Shown: positions 9,799-19,852, counted from the stretch's first letter. The stretch: 32,000 nucleotides of DNA from Parasynechococcus marenigrum WH 8102 (GCF_000195975.1 NC_005070.1:60001-92000), one strand, 5' to 3'. Notes: generated by a model from the letters alone, not told the origin. Translations and numbers: made by a program.

Positions 9799-10087
9799 CC
9801 CAGGTGTGGTGATCGGTGAGCTCGTGGGTCTGGAGCAGGTCCTGCTCGAGCTGAAGCGCGTTCGGCACGGTGTGCACGGTCGGAGCGCTGGTGGATCGAA
9901 TCAGAGGGAGACCCGTCGCATCGGTTTCCACCAGGCTGGATGCAGCGGGCATGGCGCTGAGTGACGTGCCCTTCAGTCCCTGGCGGATGTAATCGGCAAT
10001 CAGATCCTTGAGGGTGCGCTTCTGCTGCAGGGCCCGTTGCTTGGCTTGCTGGATCAGGGCGTCGGGGAGATCGATGGTGGTTTTCAT
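9779..10087 (-). CDS. vapB: VapB-type antitoxin
   Basis: The N-terminus MKTTIDLPDALIQQAKQRALQQKRTLKDLIADYIRQGL is typical of VapB-family antitoxins. It sits immediately upstream of the PIN gene and overlaps it. Confidence 0.7.
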   Translation of the reverse strand: MKTTIDLPDALIQQAKQRALQQKRTLKDLIADYIRQGLKGTSLSAMPAASSLVETDATGLPLIRSTSAPTVHTVPNALQLEQDLLQTHELTDHHTWDDGHPD

Positions 10088-10141
10088 GGCGCAACAACCC
10101 CCGTCCTGTGGGCCAGGTTACTGGCTGGCCAGTTTGCTGGG

Positions 10142-11107
10142 TCACCCCAGCAGCCCATCACGGAAGGCATCACCGGGCTGGCTACCCCGTTTCAGCCGGG
10201 CTTCCACCTCCAGCAGCCGCCCCAGCAGGGAGAGGAAGCGCTGGGGTGGCCGGCCCTGCAGCTGCTTGCGCATCACATAGATCCGTTTGGGGTTGCCGAT
10301 GCCAGCGGCCTTGGCGATCACCGCCACATCCCGTTCGCCCTGCTGCTCCATCAGGCTCACCCAGAGCCAGCCGCGGATCTGCCCGCTGAGGGTGGCCACG
10401 ATGCGCAGGGCCGGTTCACCGGCTTCGATCAGGGCATCCCAGCGGGCGATGGCGTCGCCGGGGTTGCCCTCCAGCAGGGCATCCCCCACCTGCAGGGCAT
10501 TGGTGGCGAGACCCCCAACGAGCTCGGCCACCAGGTCGGCGCTGATGGTTATTGACCGCAGGGAAAGCTTGCGCAGTTCCGACTCCAGCCGGGCGCTGTC
10601 GGTACCGATGGCATCCACCAGGGCATCGATGGCGTCCGGTTCCAGGCGGAGGCCAAGGGCTTCGGCAGTGCGCTGCACCAGCTGCCGCTGGCCGGCGCCA
10701 TCCCACACGGCCGGTAACGGGAAACTCTGCTCCTGGTCCAGGCCGGCTTTGATGCGCTTCTGCAGTGCCTTGGTGGTGCGAAGGCGACCGTCGGGTTTGG
10801 AGGGATTGACCAGCACCAGATGGCTGCTGTCGGGGATCAGCGTCAGCGCGGCTTCGAAGCGATCCGCCAGCTCGGTGGGGCAGCCATTGCAGAAGGGACT
10901 GCGCTGCAGCAGCACCAGGCGTTCACCGCTCGCGAAGGGCGGCGTTCGGGCCTCATCGAGGGCCTGGGCCGCCTGACCGGCCTCGGCACCATCGAGGCGG
11001 CTGAGGTTGAGGCTGGCCCAGCTGGGATCCACCACTTTCTCGATTAGGCCGTTGATGGCCCGGTCCCGCGCGGCGGCGTCATCACCCCAGATCAGATGGA
11101 TCGGCAT
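10142..11107 (-). CDS. holA: DNA polymerase III delta subunit
   Basis: ORF 10142..11209. From the internal Met (MPIHLIWGDDAAARDRAI, nt 11107) the text is HolA-like: clamp-loader delta N-domain, then PDAIDALVDAIGTDSARLESELRKLSL. The upstream 34 codons overlap the cobH start region and are probably not translated. Confidence 0.8.
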   Translation of the reverse strand: MPIHLIWGDDAAARDRAINGLIEKVVDPSWASLNLSRLDGAEAGQAAQALDEARTPPFASGERLVLLQRSPFCNGCPTELADRFEAALTLIPDSSHLVLVNPSKPDGRLRTTKALQKRIKAGLDQEQSFPLPAVWDGAGQRQLVQRTAEALGLRLEPDAIDALVDAIGTDSARLESELRKLSLRSITISADLVAELVGGLATNALQVGDALLEGNPGDAIARWDALIEAGEPALRIVATLSGQIRGWLWVSLMEQQGERDVAVIAKAAGIGNPKRIYVMRKQLQGRPPQRFLSLLGRLLEVEARLKRGSQPGDAFRDGLLG

Positions 11108-11125
11108 GGGTCGATGATGGCGGCG

Positions 11126-11743
11126 ATGGCCCAGGACCACCCGATCTTCACTGAAAGCATCCGGCGGATCCGTGTGGCTCTGGGTCCTACGGATCTGGAG
11201 CTGTTGCAACAGCAGGTGCTGGAGCGGTTAGTGCACAGCAGCGGCGACCTGGCCCTGGGGGCCTTACTGCGGTTCAGCCCCGGCGCCTGTGAAGCGGGTC
11301 TGACGGCCCTGCAGCAGGGAGCTCCAATCCTCACGGACACGGCCATGGCTGCGGCGGCGGTGGCGCCGATGGCCAAGCGCACGTTGCAAACGACGGTGCG
11401 CACGGTGCTGGAGTGGGCCCCGGATCAAGCGCCGCTGGGGTCGACGCGTACGGCAGCGGGGATGGAGCAGGCCTGGAGGGAGCTGTCAGCGGTCGGTCCT
11501 GCACCGCTGGTGTTGATCGGTAGCGCCCCCACGGCCCTGGAGGTGCTGCTGGAGCAGGTGGCTGCTGGAGCGCTATCTCCCAGCCTGGTGATCGGCATGC
11601 CGGTGGGGTTTGTCGGGGTGGCTGAAAGCAAACGCCATCTGGCTGAGAGCGGCCTGGCTCAGATCCGTCTGGAGGGCAGCCGCGGTGGGGCGGGACTGGT
11701 GGCTGCGGCGGTCAATGCCCTGCTGCGGGCGGCTGCAGGCTGA
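11126..11743 (+). CDS. cobH: Precorrin-8X methylmutase
   Basis: ORF 11096..11743. CobH/CbiC text is present: HPIFTESIRRI, RLVHSSGD, APILTDTAM, LIGSAPTAL, VIGMPVGFVGVAESK. The start is chosen at MAQDHPIF and is ambiguous between 11096 and 11126. Confidence 0.85.
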   Translation: MAQDHPIFTESIRRIRVALGPTDLELLQQQVLERLVHSSGDLALGALLRFSPGACEAGLTALQQGAPILTDTAMAAAAVAPMAKRTLQTTVRTVLEWAPDQAPLGSTRTAAGMEQAWRELSAVGPAPLVLIGSAPTALEVLLEQVAAGALSPSLVIGMPVGFVGVAESKRHLAESGLAQIRLEGSRGGAGLVAAAVNALLRAAAG

Positions 11744-12761
11744 GGTTGTCCCCCTGCCATTGCAGCCTCCAGCCTCCGGGGAGATCGCAGCTGCCGCCCG
11801 CTGCACTGAGGGCCAGTCGGTCCGTGAGCTGCTCCAGCAGGGCGGCGTTGAGTGCAGTAACCCCCTGCTGCGCCAGCCAGATCACCAGCAGTTGGCGGCG
11901 GGTGGAGGGTTGCAGGGCCCCCAACCGGCGACGATCCAGGCCGGTGCTGGTGCGCAGCGGCTGGAGGGCCAGTTGGCTCAACTCCTGCTGGGTGTCCCGC
12001 AGCTGGGACGTTCGTTCCGCCAGGTTGGCCATCCGTTGGCTGCAGCCGGGGTGGAGCTGCTCCAGCACGGGCAGCACCTCAGCCCGGATCCTGTTGCGGG
12101 CGAAGGCTGGCGATTGGTTGCTGGGGTCATGCCAGATCGGAACCTGCAGATCTCGGCACACCGCGGCGGTGTCGGCGCGGCTGAAGCCCAGCAGGGGCCG
12201 CCGCAGCTGAGCACCGTCAGGGCTGTCGTTGAAGAGAGGCCGAACGGGGCGCAGGGCGCCGAGGCCGGCCAGGTCCGTGCCGCGGGCCAGTTGCAGCAGA
12301 AGTGTTTCCGCCCGGTCGCTGGCGGTGTGGCCCGTCACCACATCGGCCCCCAGCTCTTCGGCCCGCTGCTGGAGTTGGCTGTAGCGCCAATGGCGGGCGC
12401 TGGCTTCGCTGGCGGTGCTGCCCTGTGGTGCTTGATCCACCTGAATGGGTAGGTCCCGCTGTTGGCACCAGCTGCGCAGGTCAGCCGCGATCACCGCTGA
12501 CCCGGAATGCCAGCCGTGGTCGCCGTGCCAGATGTTCAGCGGCCAGTGATGCAGCCGCTGCAGCTCCTGCAGCAGCACCAGCAGGGCCATGGAGTCCTGG
12601 CCGCCGGACACCGCCAGCAGCAGCGGTTGCCGCTGCGGCAGCAGCTGCGGATGCTGATGCAGCCGCCGGTGCAGACGGTCGTGCCAGGGGCTCCAGGCCA
12701 AAGCGAGTGGGCGTTGTTCCCCCACGGTGTGAGAATCAAGGGATCGCTGTCCAGTCCCCAT
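11712..12761 (-). CDS. tilS: tRNA(Ile)-lysidine synthase
   Basis: The track ORF runs to 13046, but its upstream ~95 codons lie antisense to ycf23 and are low-complexity. The PP-loop motif LLLAVSGGQDSMAL sits about 50 codons after the Met at 12761. GTG 12725 is an alternative start. The 3' end overlaps the cobH 3' end by 32 nt (convergent). Confidence 0.85.
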   Translation of the reverse strand: MGTGQRSLDSHTVGEQRPLALAWSPWHDRLHRRLHQHPQLLPQRQPLLLAVSGGQDSMALLVLLQELQRLHHWPLNIWHGDHGWHSGSAVIAADLRSWCQQRDLPIQVDQAPQGSTASEASARHWRYSQLQQRAEELGADVVTGHTASDRAETLLLQLARGTDLAGLGALRPVRPLFNDSPDGAQLRRPLLGFSRADTAAVCRDLQVPIWHDPSNQSPAFARNRIRAEVLPVLEQLHPGCSQRMANLAERTSQLRDTQQELSQLALQPLRTSTGLDRRRLGALQPSTRRQLLVIWLAQQGVTALNAALLEQLTDRLALSAAGGSCDLPGGWRLQWQGDNLSLQPPAAGH

Positions 12762-13518
12762 GTCCCGTCTCCAGCAGCTGCCCGCCGCTCTGCAGCGCAG
12801 CCTCGAGCAGCGGTCCACCCTCAAGGTGATCGCCGGCCTGATGAATTTCGACGCCGCCAGCGTCGCCCGGGTGGCCCGTGCCGCGGGGCATGGCGGGGCG
12901 GATTTGATTGATGTGGCCTGCGACGCCGAATTGGTAAAGCTGGCAATCGAGGCCTCCGGTGGTGTGCCGGTGTGTGTTTCGGCGGTGGAGCCGGAACAGT
13001 TCCCCGCCGCTGTCGCTGCCGGCGCAGTGATGGTGGAGATCGGCAACTTCGATGCCTTTTATCCCCAGGGCAGGATCTTCGGTGCTGCGGAGGTGCTCGA
13101 GCTCACCCGCCGCACCCGGGAGCTGCTGCCGGAGGTGGTTCTGAGCGTCACCGTGCCCCACGTGTTAGCGATGGATCAGCAGGAACAGCTGGCGATTGAT
13201 CTGGTGGCCGCCGGTGCCGACCTGATCCAAACCGAAGGCGGCACCAGCGCCAAGCCCTTCAGCGCCGGCAGCCTCGGCCTGATCGAGAAGGCAGCCCCCA
13301 CCCTGGCGGCGGCCCACAGCATCAGCCGTGTGGCTGCAGCGCCGGTGCTGTGTGCCTCCGGCCTGTCGGCGGTCACCGTGCCGATGGCGATCGCCGCCGG
13401 TGCCGCCGGCGTTGGTGTTGGCTCGGCGGTGAACCGCCTCAACGACGAGCTGGCCATGGTGGCGGTGGTTCGGGGTCTGCGAGATGCCCTCAGCGCTGCA
13501 GTCACTGCCCGCGTCTGA
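12760..13518 (+). CDS. ycf23: Ycf23/DUF561 family protein (conserved cyanobacterial/plastid TIM-barrel-like protein)
   Basis: Text typical of the family as I remember it: LKVIAGLMNFD, GGADLIDVACD, AVMVEIGNFDAFY, LSVTVPH, GADLIQTEGG. Confidence 0.75.
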   Translation: MSRLQQLPAALQRSLEQRSTLKVIAGLMNFDAASVARVARAAGHGGADLIDVACDAELVKLAIEASGGVPVCVSAVEPEQFPAAVAAGAVMVEIGNFDAFYPQGRIFGAAEVLELTRRTRELLPEVVLSVTVPHVLAMDQQEQLAIDLVAAGADLIQTEGGTSAKPFSAGSLGLIEKAAPTLAAAHSISRVAAAPVLCASGLSAVTVPMAIAAGAAGVGVGSAVNRLNDELAMVAVVRGLRDALSAAVTARV

Positions 13519-13545
13519 ACACCGGAGCTGAACGGATCCACATAG

Positions 13546-13572
13546 GCTGAGCCACCGCCCGGTCGGCTCAGC
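13546..13572 (+). terminator. Hairpin between ycf23 and uvrB (possible intrinsic terminator or RNA stabiliser)
   Basis: An 8-bp perfect stem, gctgagcc (13546-13553) with ggctcagc (13565-13572), encloses an 11-nt loop. It is followed by tctttc and then the uvrB ATG at 13579. The T-tract is short and interrupted. Confidence 0.35.
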
Positions 13573-13578
13573 TCTTTC

Positions 13579-15612
13579 ATGCCTGCCTACGACCTAACTG
13601 CTCCATACACCCCCAAAGGTGATCAGCCGACGGCGATCAAGCAGCTGGTGCAGGGAGTCAATGGCGGCGAGCGCTACCAGACCCTGCTGGGGGCCACGGG
13701 CACAGGCAAGACGTTCACGATGGCGAACGTGATTGCCCAGACCGGACGGCCGGCCCTGGTGCTCGCCCATAACAAGACGTTGGCGGCGCAGCTCTGCAAT
13801 GAGCTTCGGGAGTTTTTCCCTGAGAACGCCGTTGAGTACTTCATCTCCTATTACGACTACTACCAGCCGGAGGCTTACGTTCCGGTCAGCGACACCTACA
13901 TCGCCAAAACAGCGTCGATCAACGAGGAGATCGACATGCTGCGTCATTCAGCGACGCGGTCGCTGTTCGAACGCCGGGACGTGATTGTGGTGGCGTCCAT
14001 CAGCTGCATCTACGGCCTGGGGATTCCGAGTGAATACCTCAAGGCAGCGGTGAAATTCGAGGTGGGAGAGACCCTCAACATCCGCAGCCAGCTGCGGGAG
14101 CTGGTGAACAATCAGTACAGCCGCAACGACACCGAAATCGCCCGTGGCCGTTTCCGCATGAAGGGGGATGTGCTGGAGATCGGCCCTGCCTACGAAGACC
14201 GGTTGGTGCGGATCGAGCTGTTCGGTGATGAGGTGGAGGCCATTCGTTATGTGGACCCCACCACCGGCGAGATCCTCCAGAGCCTGGAGACGGTGAACAT
14301 CTATCCGGCCAAACACTTCGTGACGCCCAAGGATCGTTTGGATTCAGCGATCGGCGAAATCCGCCAGGAACTGCGGGATCGGCTTGATTTCCTCAATGGC
14401 GAGGGCAAGTTGCTGGAGGCGCAGCGGCTGGAGCAGCGCACCAAGTACGACCTGGAGATGCTGGGGCAGGTGGGCTACTGCAACGGGGTGGAGAACTACG
14501 CCCGCCATCTGGCTGGCCGGGAGGAGGGCACCCCACCGGAATGCCTGATCGATTATTTCCCCAAGGACTGGCTGCTGATCGTGGATGAAAGCCACGTCAC
14601 CTGCTCGCAGCTGCAGGCGATGTACAACGGCGATCAGGCCCGCAAGAAGGTGCTGATTGAGCATGGCTTTCGTTTGCCCAGTGCGGCGGACAACCGGCCG
14701 TTGAAGGGTGAGGAGTTCTGGGAGAAGGCACATCAAACCGTGTTTGTGAGCGCCACGCCGGGGAACTGGGAGCTGGAGGTGAGTGGGGGTGAAGTAGCCC
14801 AGCAGGTGATCCGCCCCACGGGTGTGCTCGATCCGATCGTGGAGGTGCGGCCCACGACGGGGCAGGTGGACGACCTGCTGGGGGAGATCCGCGACCGGGC
14901 CAGCAAACAGCAGCGGGTGCTGGTGACCACTCTCACCAAGCGGATGGCGGAGGACCTCACCGATTATCTGGCCGAAAATGAGGTGCGGGTGCGTTACCTG
15001 CACTCGGAGATCCACTCGATTGAGCGGATCGAGATCATTCAGGACCTGCGCCTCGGCGAATACGACGTGCTGGTGGGCGTGAACCTGCTGCGGGAGGGTC
15101 TGGACCTGCCCGAGGTGAGCCTGGTGGCGATCCTGGATGCGGATAAGGAAGGGTTTCTGCGGGCTGAACGCTCATTGATTCAGACCATCGGCCGGGCCGC
15201 TCGCCATGTGGAGGGAGTGGCTCTGCTGTACGCCGACAACATGACTGAATCGATGGCCAAGGCCATCTCTGAAACGGAGCGCCGCCGCAAGATCCAGCAG
15301 ACTTACAACGAGAAGCACGGCATCGTGCCGACAGCGGCGGGCAAGAAGGCCAGCAACTCGATCCTCAGCTTCCTGGAGCTATCGCGGAAGCTCAAGCAGG
15401 ACGGCCCCGATGCTGATCTGGTGCAGGTGGCCGGCAAGGCCGCCCAGGCGCTGGAGGAGGACCCTGATGCCGGCCTGGCGCTAGAGGCGCTGCCGGAGCT
15501 GATTGATCAGCTGGAAGGGAAGATGAAGGAGGCGGCCAAAAAGCTGGACTTCGAAGATGCCGCCAACCTGCGGGACCGGATCAAGCAGCTGCGCCAGAAG
15601 ATGGCGGGCTAG
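13579..15612 (+). CDS. uvrB: Excinuclease ABC subunit B
   Basis: Walker [10 protein letters not shown], helicase motifs ([15 protein letters not shown]) and a C-terminal UVR domain ([15 protein letters not shown]). Confidence 0.96.
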   Translation: MPAYDLTAPYTPKGDQPTAIKQLVQGVNGGERYQTLLGATGTGKTFTMANVIAQTGRPALVLAHNKTLAAQLCNELREFFPENAVEYFISYYDYYQPEAYVPVSDTYIAKTASINEEIDMLRHSATRSLFERRDVIVVASISCIYGLGIPSEYLKAAVKFEVGETLNIRSQLRELVNNQYSRNDTEIARGRFRMKGDVLEIGPAYEDRLVRIELFGDEVEAIRYVDPTTGEILQSLETVNIYPAKHFVTPKDRLDSAIGEIRQELRDRLDFLNGEGKLLEAQRLEQRTKYDLEMLGQVGYCNGVENYARHLAGREEGTPPECLIDYFPKDWLLIVDESHVTCSQLQAMYNGDQARKKVLIEHGFRLPSAADNRPLKGEEFWEKAHQTVFVSATPGNWELEVSGGEVAQQVIRPTGVLDPIVEVRPTTGQVDDLLGEIRDRASKQQRVLVTTLTKRMAEDLTDYLAENEVRVRYLHSEIHSIERIEIIQDLRLGEYDVLVGVNLLREGLDLPEVSLVAILDADKEGFLRAERSLIQTIGRAARHVEGVALLYADNMTESMAKAISETERRRKIQQTYNEKHGIVPTAAGKKASNSILSFLELSRKLKQDGPDADLVQVAGKAAQALEEDPDAGLALEALPELIDQLEGKMKEAAKKLDFEDAANLRDRIKQLRQKMAG

Positions 15613-18311
15613 GCCGCGGCCTCGATCTGATCCAGCACTTGCCGGGCCCGCTGCACGACGGGGGTGGGCACCCCGGCCAGGCGGGCCGCTTCAATGCCGT
15701 AGCTGCGGCTGGCACCGCCTTGGCTCACCCGGTGCAGGAAGAGGAGGTCGTCGCCGGTTTCCTCCACCAGCACCTGGAAGTTGGCCACGTTGGCGCGTTC
15801 GTTCGCCAGGTTGTTGAGCTCGTGGTAATGGGTGGCGAACACGGTGCGTGCCCGTAAATCGCCGGCCAGGTGTTCGCTCACCGCCCAGGCGATCGAGAGG
15901 CCGTCGAAGGTGGCGGTGCCCCGGCCGATCTCATCCAGCAGCACCAGGGAGAGTTCCGTGGCGTGGTGAAGGATGTTGGCGGTTTCGGCCATTTCCACCA
16001 TGAAGGTGGACTGGCCGGCGGCTAGGTCGTCCACGGCGCCAACGCGGGTGAAGATCCGATCAGCGATGCCGATGCGGGCCTTGGCCGCTGGTACCCAGCT
16101 GCCGATCTGGGCCAGCAGTTGAATCAGGCCGATCTGTCGCAGATAGCAGCTCTTGCCGCTGGCGTTGGGGCCGGTGAGCACCACCAGATCAGTGCCACTG
16201 CCGAGATGGACGTCGTTGGCGGTGAAGCGGGTCTCCACCAGCAGCTGCTCCACCACCGGGTGGCGGGCCTCGCTGAGGGATAACGCACGGCCCTCCACCA
16301 ACTCCGGTGCGCAGTAAGCCCCGCTGGCGGCCGTATCCGCAAGGCCGGTCAGGGCATCAAGGCCGGCAACGGCCCGGGCAGCGCGGCGGATCGATGCCGC
16401 CAGGGCACCCACCTGCTCCCGCAAGGTGCAGAACAGTTCGTATTCGCGTTGGCAGGCGCGGGCCCGCAGCTGGAAGATGCGCCCCTCCCGTTCTTTCAGG
16501 GCCGGGGTGATGAAGCGCTCTTCGTTGGCCAGGGTCTGGCGACGGATCCAGTGGTCAGGCACGGCGCTGGCCTTGGCTTTGCTCACCGCCAGGAAGTAGC
16601 CGAAGGTGCGGTGGTACTGCAGCCGCAGGTTGCTGTTGCCGGAACGCTGGCGCTCCTGTTTCTCCTGCTGACTGAGCCAGGCGTCCTGGTCATCCAGCTG
16701 GTTGCGCAGACCATCGAGCAGCGGGTCAACACCGTCGTGGATCAGTCCCCCTTCACTGAGCGACAGGGGTGGGCTCTCCAGCAGGGTGTGACGGATGCTG
16801 CTGGCAAGATCCTGCAGTGCTGGGTCGGGCTGCAGCAGGTCGTCGAGCCAGTCGGGACCTCTGATGATGGTGCCCTCCAGGCGGGCGGCCAGTTGCGGCA
16901 GTCGCTCCAGGCCGTCGGCAATGGCCACCAGGTCACGGGCGCCGGCATGGCCGGCGCCGGCCCGTCCCGCCAGCCGTTCCAGATCCCCCATCGGCCGCAG
17001 CAACCGCCGCAGCGCCTGGCGCAGGTTGCGTTGTTCCACCAGGGTGCTCACCAGCTGCTGGCGTTGACGGATGGCATCGAGATCCATCAGTGGTGCTTCG
17101 AGCCAGCGGCGCAGGCAGCGGCCCCCCATGGCGGTGAGGGTGCGGTCGATCGCCCAGAGCAGTGATCCCTGCAGGGACCCATCACGCTGGGTGGCGGTTA
17201 GTTCCAGGTTGCGGCGGGTCTGGGCATCGAGCACCAGGGCATCGCCCCGTTGCACGATCGCAGGCACCTCCAGCGGCACGCTGGCGTTCTCCTCCAGCGG
17301 CTGGGTGTCGCGCAGATAGGCCAGTAGACCCCCCATCGCCCGTAGGGCAAGGGGTAGCTCCGGCAGCCCCAGGCCATCCAGGTTGGCGAGTTTGTAGTGG
17401 CGCAGCAGGGCCGCTTCGGCTGCAGGGCGGCTGAAAGGGGTACTGGCGACTGAAGTCAGCCGCAGCTGGTCGGGGCACCAGGCGGGGTTGCTCTCGGGTG
17501 TGCTGCTGAGCAGTTCGGCAGCCCCTAGCTGAGCCAGTTGCTGGTGCAAGGCGTCGCTGTCCTGCCGCTGCATCACCTGCACCTCGCCGGTGCTCACATC
17601 AGCGCTGGCCAGGCCCCAGCGGAATGGCTCATCTCTGTGGGCTGGCTCGATCACCACCGCCGCCAGCCAGTTGTTGCGGCGGGAGCTGAGCATGCCCTCC
17701 TCCAGCACGGTGCCGGGGGTGAGCACCCGAGTGATGTCGCGCTTGAGCAGAGCCCCCTTTGCCGGGGTGGTTTCCAGCTGGTCGCAGAGGGCCACACTGA
17801 AGCCGCGGCGGATCAGCTCTCCGCAATAGCGCTCAGCGGCATGGTGGGGAATGCCGGCCATCGGTACACGACCAACGGCCTTGCCGCCCTCCTTGCCGGT
17901 GAGGGTGAGTTCCAGCAGCCGCGACAGGGTGATGGCGTCTTCAAAGAAGCACTCAAAGAAATCCCCCAGCCGGTAGAGCAGCACCCGTTCGGGATGGGCG
18001 GCCTTGAGCTCCACGTAGTGACGCAGCATGGGTGTGAGCTGCTGCGGATCAACCTGGCTGTGATGTGCCCAGGCCGGATCGTCGCTGTTATCGCTGCTCT
18101 CGTCGGTGTTGCTGTCGTGATCTGCAGCGTTGTGATCGGCTGGTGCACGCCGGCGCGGTCGGGATGCAGCGTCGGCGGTGAGCTCCATATCGCTGAATGC
18201 TTCACAGGCTGTCGAAGGCTCGACGCCGGTTGCGGAAACCGTTGGTTCAGCGTCTGAGAAAAGGTTGCCCTGAAGAGCGATCTCCGTTGGGTCGTCGGAG
18301 GGTCCAGGCAC
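15609..18311 (-). CDS. mutS: DNA mismatch repair protein MutS with ~90-aa acidic/Ser-rich N-terminal extension
   Basis: The canonical start of homology is [12 protein letters not shown]. Walker A is [14 protein letters not shown], and [14 protein letters not shown] is present. Its stop shares the palindrome CTAG (15609-15612) with the uvrB stop. Confidence 0.95.
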   Translation of the reverse strand: MPGPSDDPTEIALQGNLFSDAEPTVSATGVEPSTACEAFSDMELTADAASRPRRRAPADHNAADHDSNTDESSDNSDDPAWAHHSQVDPQQLTPMLRHYVELKAAHPERVLLYRLGDFFECFFEDAITLSRLLELTLTGKEGGKAVGRVPMAGIPHHAAERYCGELIRRGFSVALCDQLETTPAKGALLKRDITRVLTPGTVLEEGMLSSRRNNWLAAVVIEPAHRDEPFRWGLASADVSTGEVQVMQRQDSDALHQQLAQLGAAELLSSTPESNPAWCPDQLRLTSVASTPFSRPAAEAALLRHYKLANLDGLGLPELPLALRAMGGLLAYLRDTQPLEENASVPLEVPAIVQRGDALVLDAQTRRNLELTATQRDGSLQGSLLWAIDRTLTAMGGRCLRRWLEAPLMDLDAIRQRQQLVSTLVEQRNLRQALRRLLRPMGDLERLAGRAGAGHAGARDLVAIADGLERLPQLAARLEGTIIRGPDWLDDLLQPDPALQDLASSIRHTLLESPPLSLSEGGLIHDGVDPLLDGLRNQLDDQDAWLSQQEKQERQRSGNSNLRLQYHRTFGYFLAVSKAKASAVPDHWIRRQTLANEERFITPALKEREGRIFQLRARACQREYELFCTLREQVGALAASIRRAARAVAGLDALTGLADTAASGAYCAPELVEGRALSLSEARHPVVEQLLVETRFTANDVHLGSGTDLVVLTGPNASGKSCYLRQIGLIQLLAQIGSWVPAAKARIGIADRIFTRVGAVDDLAAGQSTFMVEMAETANILHHATELSLVLLDEIGRGTATFDGLSIAWAVSEHLAGDLRARTVFATHYHELNNLANERANVANFQVLVEETGDDLLFLHRVSQGGASRSYGIEAARLAGVPTPVVQRARQVLDQIEAAA

Positions 18312-18347
18312 AGCCTCACTGGGATTGAATCGTGATCGTAAAGGTGA

Positions 18348-19061
18348 TCAGCTGCCGTCGCCCATTCGTTGCAAACGAGCCGGTTCATCTGGCGATGAAC
18401 ATGTCAGGGGGTAGCCAAAGGCATGGGCATCGCTGGCGTACAGCCAACGCACCTGTTGCTCCAGTGCTTGAAAGTCAGCCTCGGGGAGCTCGGGTAAGGG
18501 CCTGCGGGCTGGGTTGTCTTGCCCCAATCGAATCACCGGGTCGACGTGCTGTTGCAGCCAGTGTTCGAGTTTCTGCAGCTGCTCCTGGCGAAAAACGTGG
18601 ATTCGCCTGTCGGGTTGAGTGCCGCCTGGTTGGCTCACCAGGGTGTCCAGTTGCGGACGTAGGTGCGGATGGGGCAACCATCGAGCGATATCGATGTATT
18701 GCTCGAGGCTGAGTTGATGGAGATCGCCTTGGGTACGCCAGTGGTAGTACGCCACCAGATCGGGATCTGGATTGCGAAAGGATGAGAGCAACCGCCGCCA
18801 AGGATCCCTTACCACGCTGAACAACACCGCGTCCTTCACAACATCGGGAAACAACTTCTCGAGCTCCGTCAAGGTGAGGTGCTGCAGAAAGTTGCTGGAC
18901 AGGTTCTGCGCCAGCAGGTCGCGGCTCTGAATCAATCCAAAGCCGGTGTGCAGATTTTCCTGTTGCCAGGGTCCGAACAGGTTGAGGGCCTGCTCCACGG
19001 AGCTGCCGGCGGTTTTGGGAATGTGCAGAAAAACAAGCCGGCGTTGGCGATCAAAGGGCAT
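18348..19061 (-). CDS. Sulfotransferase, Sulfotransfer_2-like (carbohydrate sulfotransferase type)
   Basis: It has a 5'-PSB-like loop FLHIPKTAGSS near the N-terminus and a 3'-PB-like VVRDPWRRLLSS. It lies 36 nt upstream of mutS and 3 nt downstream of the GNAT gene, on the same strand. Confidence 0.7.
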   Translation of the reverse strand: MPFDRQRRLVFLHIPKTAGSSVEQALNLFGPWQQENLHTGFGLIQSRDLLAQNLSSNFLQHLTLTELEKLFPDVVKDAVLFSVVRDPWRRLLSSFRNPDPDLVAYYHWRTQGDLHQLSLEQYIDIARWLPHPHLRPQLDTLVSQPGGTQPDRRIHVFRQEQLQKLEHWLQQHVDPVIRLGQDNPARRPLPELPEADFQALEQQVRWLYASDAHAFGYPLTCSSPDEPARLQRMGDGS

Positions 19062-19064
19062 GGC

Positions 19065-19604
19065 TCAACGCTTCAGCACCAGGAGTTGCTGCGGGTCGGC
19101 ATCGCGGAACCCAAGTTGGCGATAGAACCCGGCGCTGTTGGTGGTCATCAGATAAATCCGTTCAACGCCAGCGACAGACGGGGTGTGCAGCAGCTCCTCC
19201 ACAATCCGTCGACCAAAGCCCCGACCCTGCAGGTCGCCGGCCACCACGATGTCCCACAGCACGGCGCGACTGAAGCCATCGGATGTGGCCCGCCCGAAGG
19301 CCACCAGGCGTTTGCCGCGCCAGAGGCTGACGACAGCAGTGCTGCCGGCCAGCAGCCGCCGCAGCTGATCAAAGCTGCGACCACGGGCCCAGGTTGCATG
19401 ACGGTCGAACAGACGTTGCAGCTTCAGCAGTGCCCTGCTGGGACGAAGATCTGGCCCCAGCCCCAGCCAACGCAGACCAGGGGCGCCGGGTGCGTGGCAA
19501 ACCAGCCGGATCGGGGTCACAGCCTGTAAACCGAATGGATGCATCCTGCCCGGCGATGGGCCAGTCCATGGGAGGATGCGCTCCAGCTTTGGTGGCCGGA
19601 CCAT
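19065..19604 (-). CDS. GNAT family N-acetyltransferase (ycf52-like)
   Basis: Acetyl-CoA-binding motif A text: VVAGDLQGRGFGRRIVEELL...YLMTTNSAGFYRQLGF. The likely start is the internal Met at 19544 (MHPFGLQ), because the longest ORF nearly abuts the psbZ ATG. Confidence 0.75.
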   Translation of the reverse strand: MVRPPKLERILPWTGPSPGRMHPFGLQAVTPIRLVCHAPGAPGLRWLGLGPDLRPSRALLKLQRLFDRHATWARGRSFDQLRRLLAGSTAVVSLWRGKRLVAFGRATSDGFSRAVLWDIVVAGDLQGRGFGRRIVEELLHTPSVAGVERIYLMTTNSAGFYRQLGFRDADPQQLLVLKR

Positions 19605-19607
19605 CCC

Positions 19608-19796
19608 ATGCAGTTCCTGAACACTCTCACCGTGCTGGCCCTGGTGGTGATGTCTTTTGCCTTGATCGTGGCTGTTCCGGTGCTTTATGCCTCCTCGGAA
19701 GATAGTGGTCGTTCCAATCGTCTGATTCTTTTGGGTAGTGCTGTGTGGGTCGCGCTGGTGCTGCTGAACTGGGGGGTCAGCTTCTTCGTGGTGTGA
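19608..19796 (+). CDS. psbZ: Photosystem II reaction centre protein Z
   Basis: The internal Met of ORF 19539..19796 gives a 62-aa two-helix protein: MQFLNTLTVLALVVMSFALIVAVPVLYASSEDSGRSNRLILLGSAVWVALVLLNWGVSFFVV. This is the PsbZ (Ycf9) size and text. Confidence 0.88.
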   Translation: MQFLNTLTVLALVVMSFALIVAVPVLYASSEDSGRSNRLILLGSAVWVALVLLNWGVSFFVV

Positions 19797-19797
19797 T

Positions 19798-19816
19798 GGC
19801 TCTTCTGTGAAGAGCC
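19798..19816 (+). terminator. Hairpin immediately after the psbZ stop
   Basis: ggctcttc-tgt-gaagagcc, an 8-bp perfect stem with a 3-nt loop, starts 2 nt after the TGA. No U-tract follows, so it may be a stabilising or processing hairpin rather than a classical terminator. Confidence 0.4.
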
Positions 19817-19852
19817 CCGAGTGCGAAGATCAGTCAATTCCGGCTGTGATCG

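Noticed and set aside
11040-11130. Cobalamin riboswitch upstream of cobH
   Set aside because: The space between the plausible holA and cobH starts is about 18 nt. This is far too short for a ~200-nt B12 element, and no conserved B12-box text was seen.
12762-13046. N-terminal ~95-codon extension of the tilS ORF
   Set aside because: It runs antisense through the well-conserved start of ycf23/DUF561. Its text is Ala/Thr/Ser low-complexity. The PP-loop SGGxDS motif is already unusually far from the Met at 12761.
19539-19607. 23-codon 5' extension of the psbZ ORF, and the overlapping 19394-19705 and 19369-19569 ORFs
   Set aside because: PsbZ is a ~62-aa protein and the internal Met reproduces that exactly. 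The extension overlaps the GNAT gene start region and is not hydrophobic.
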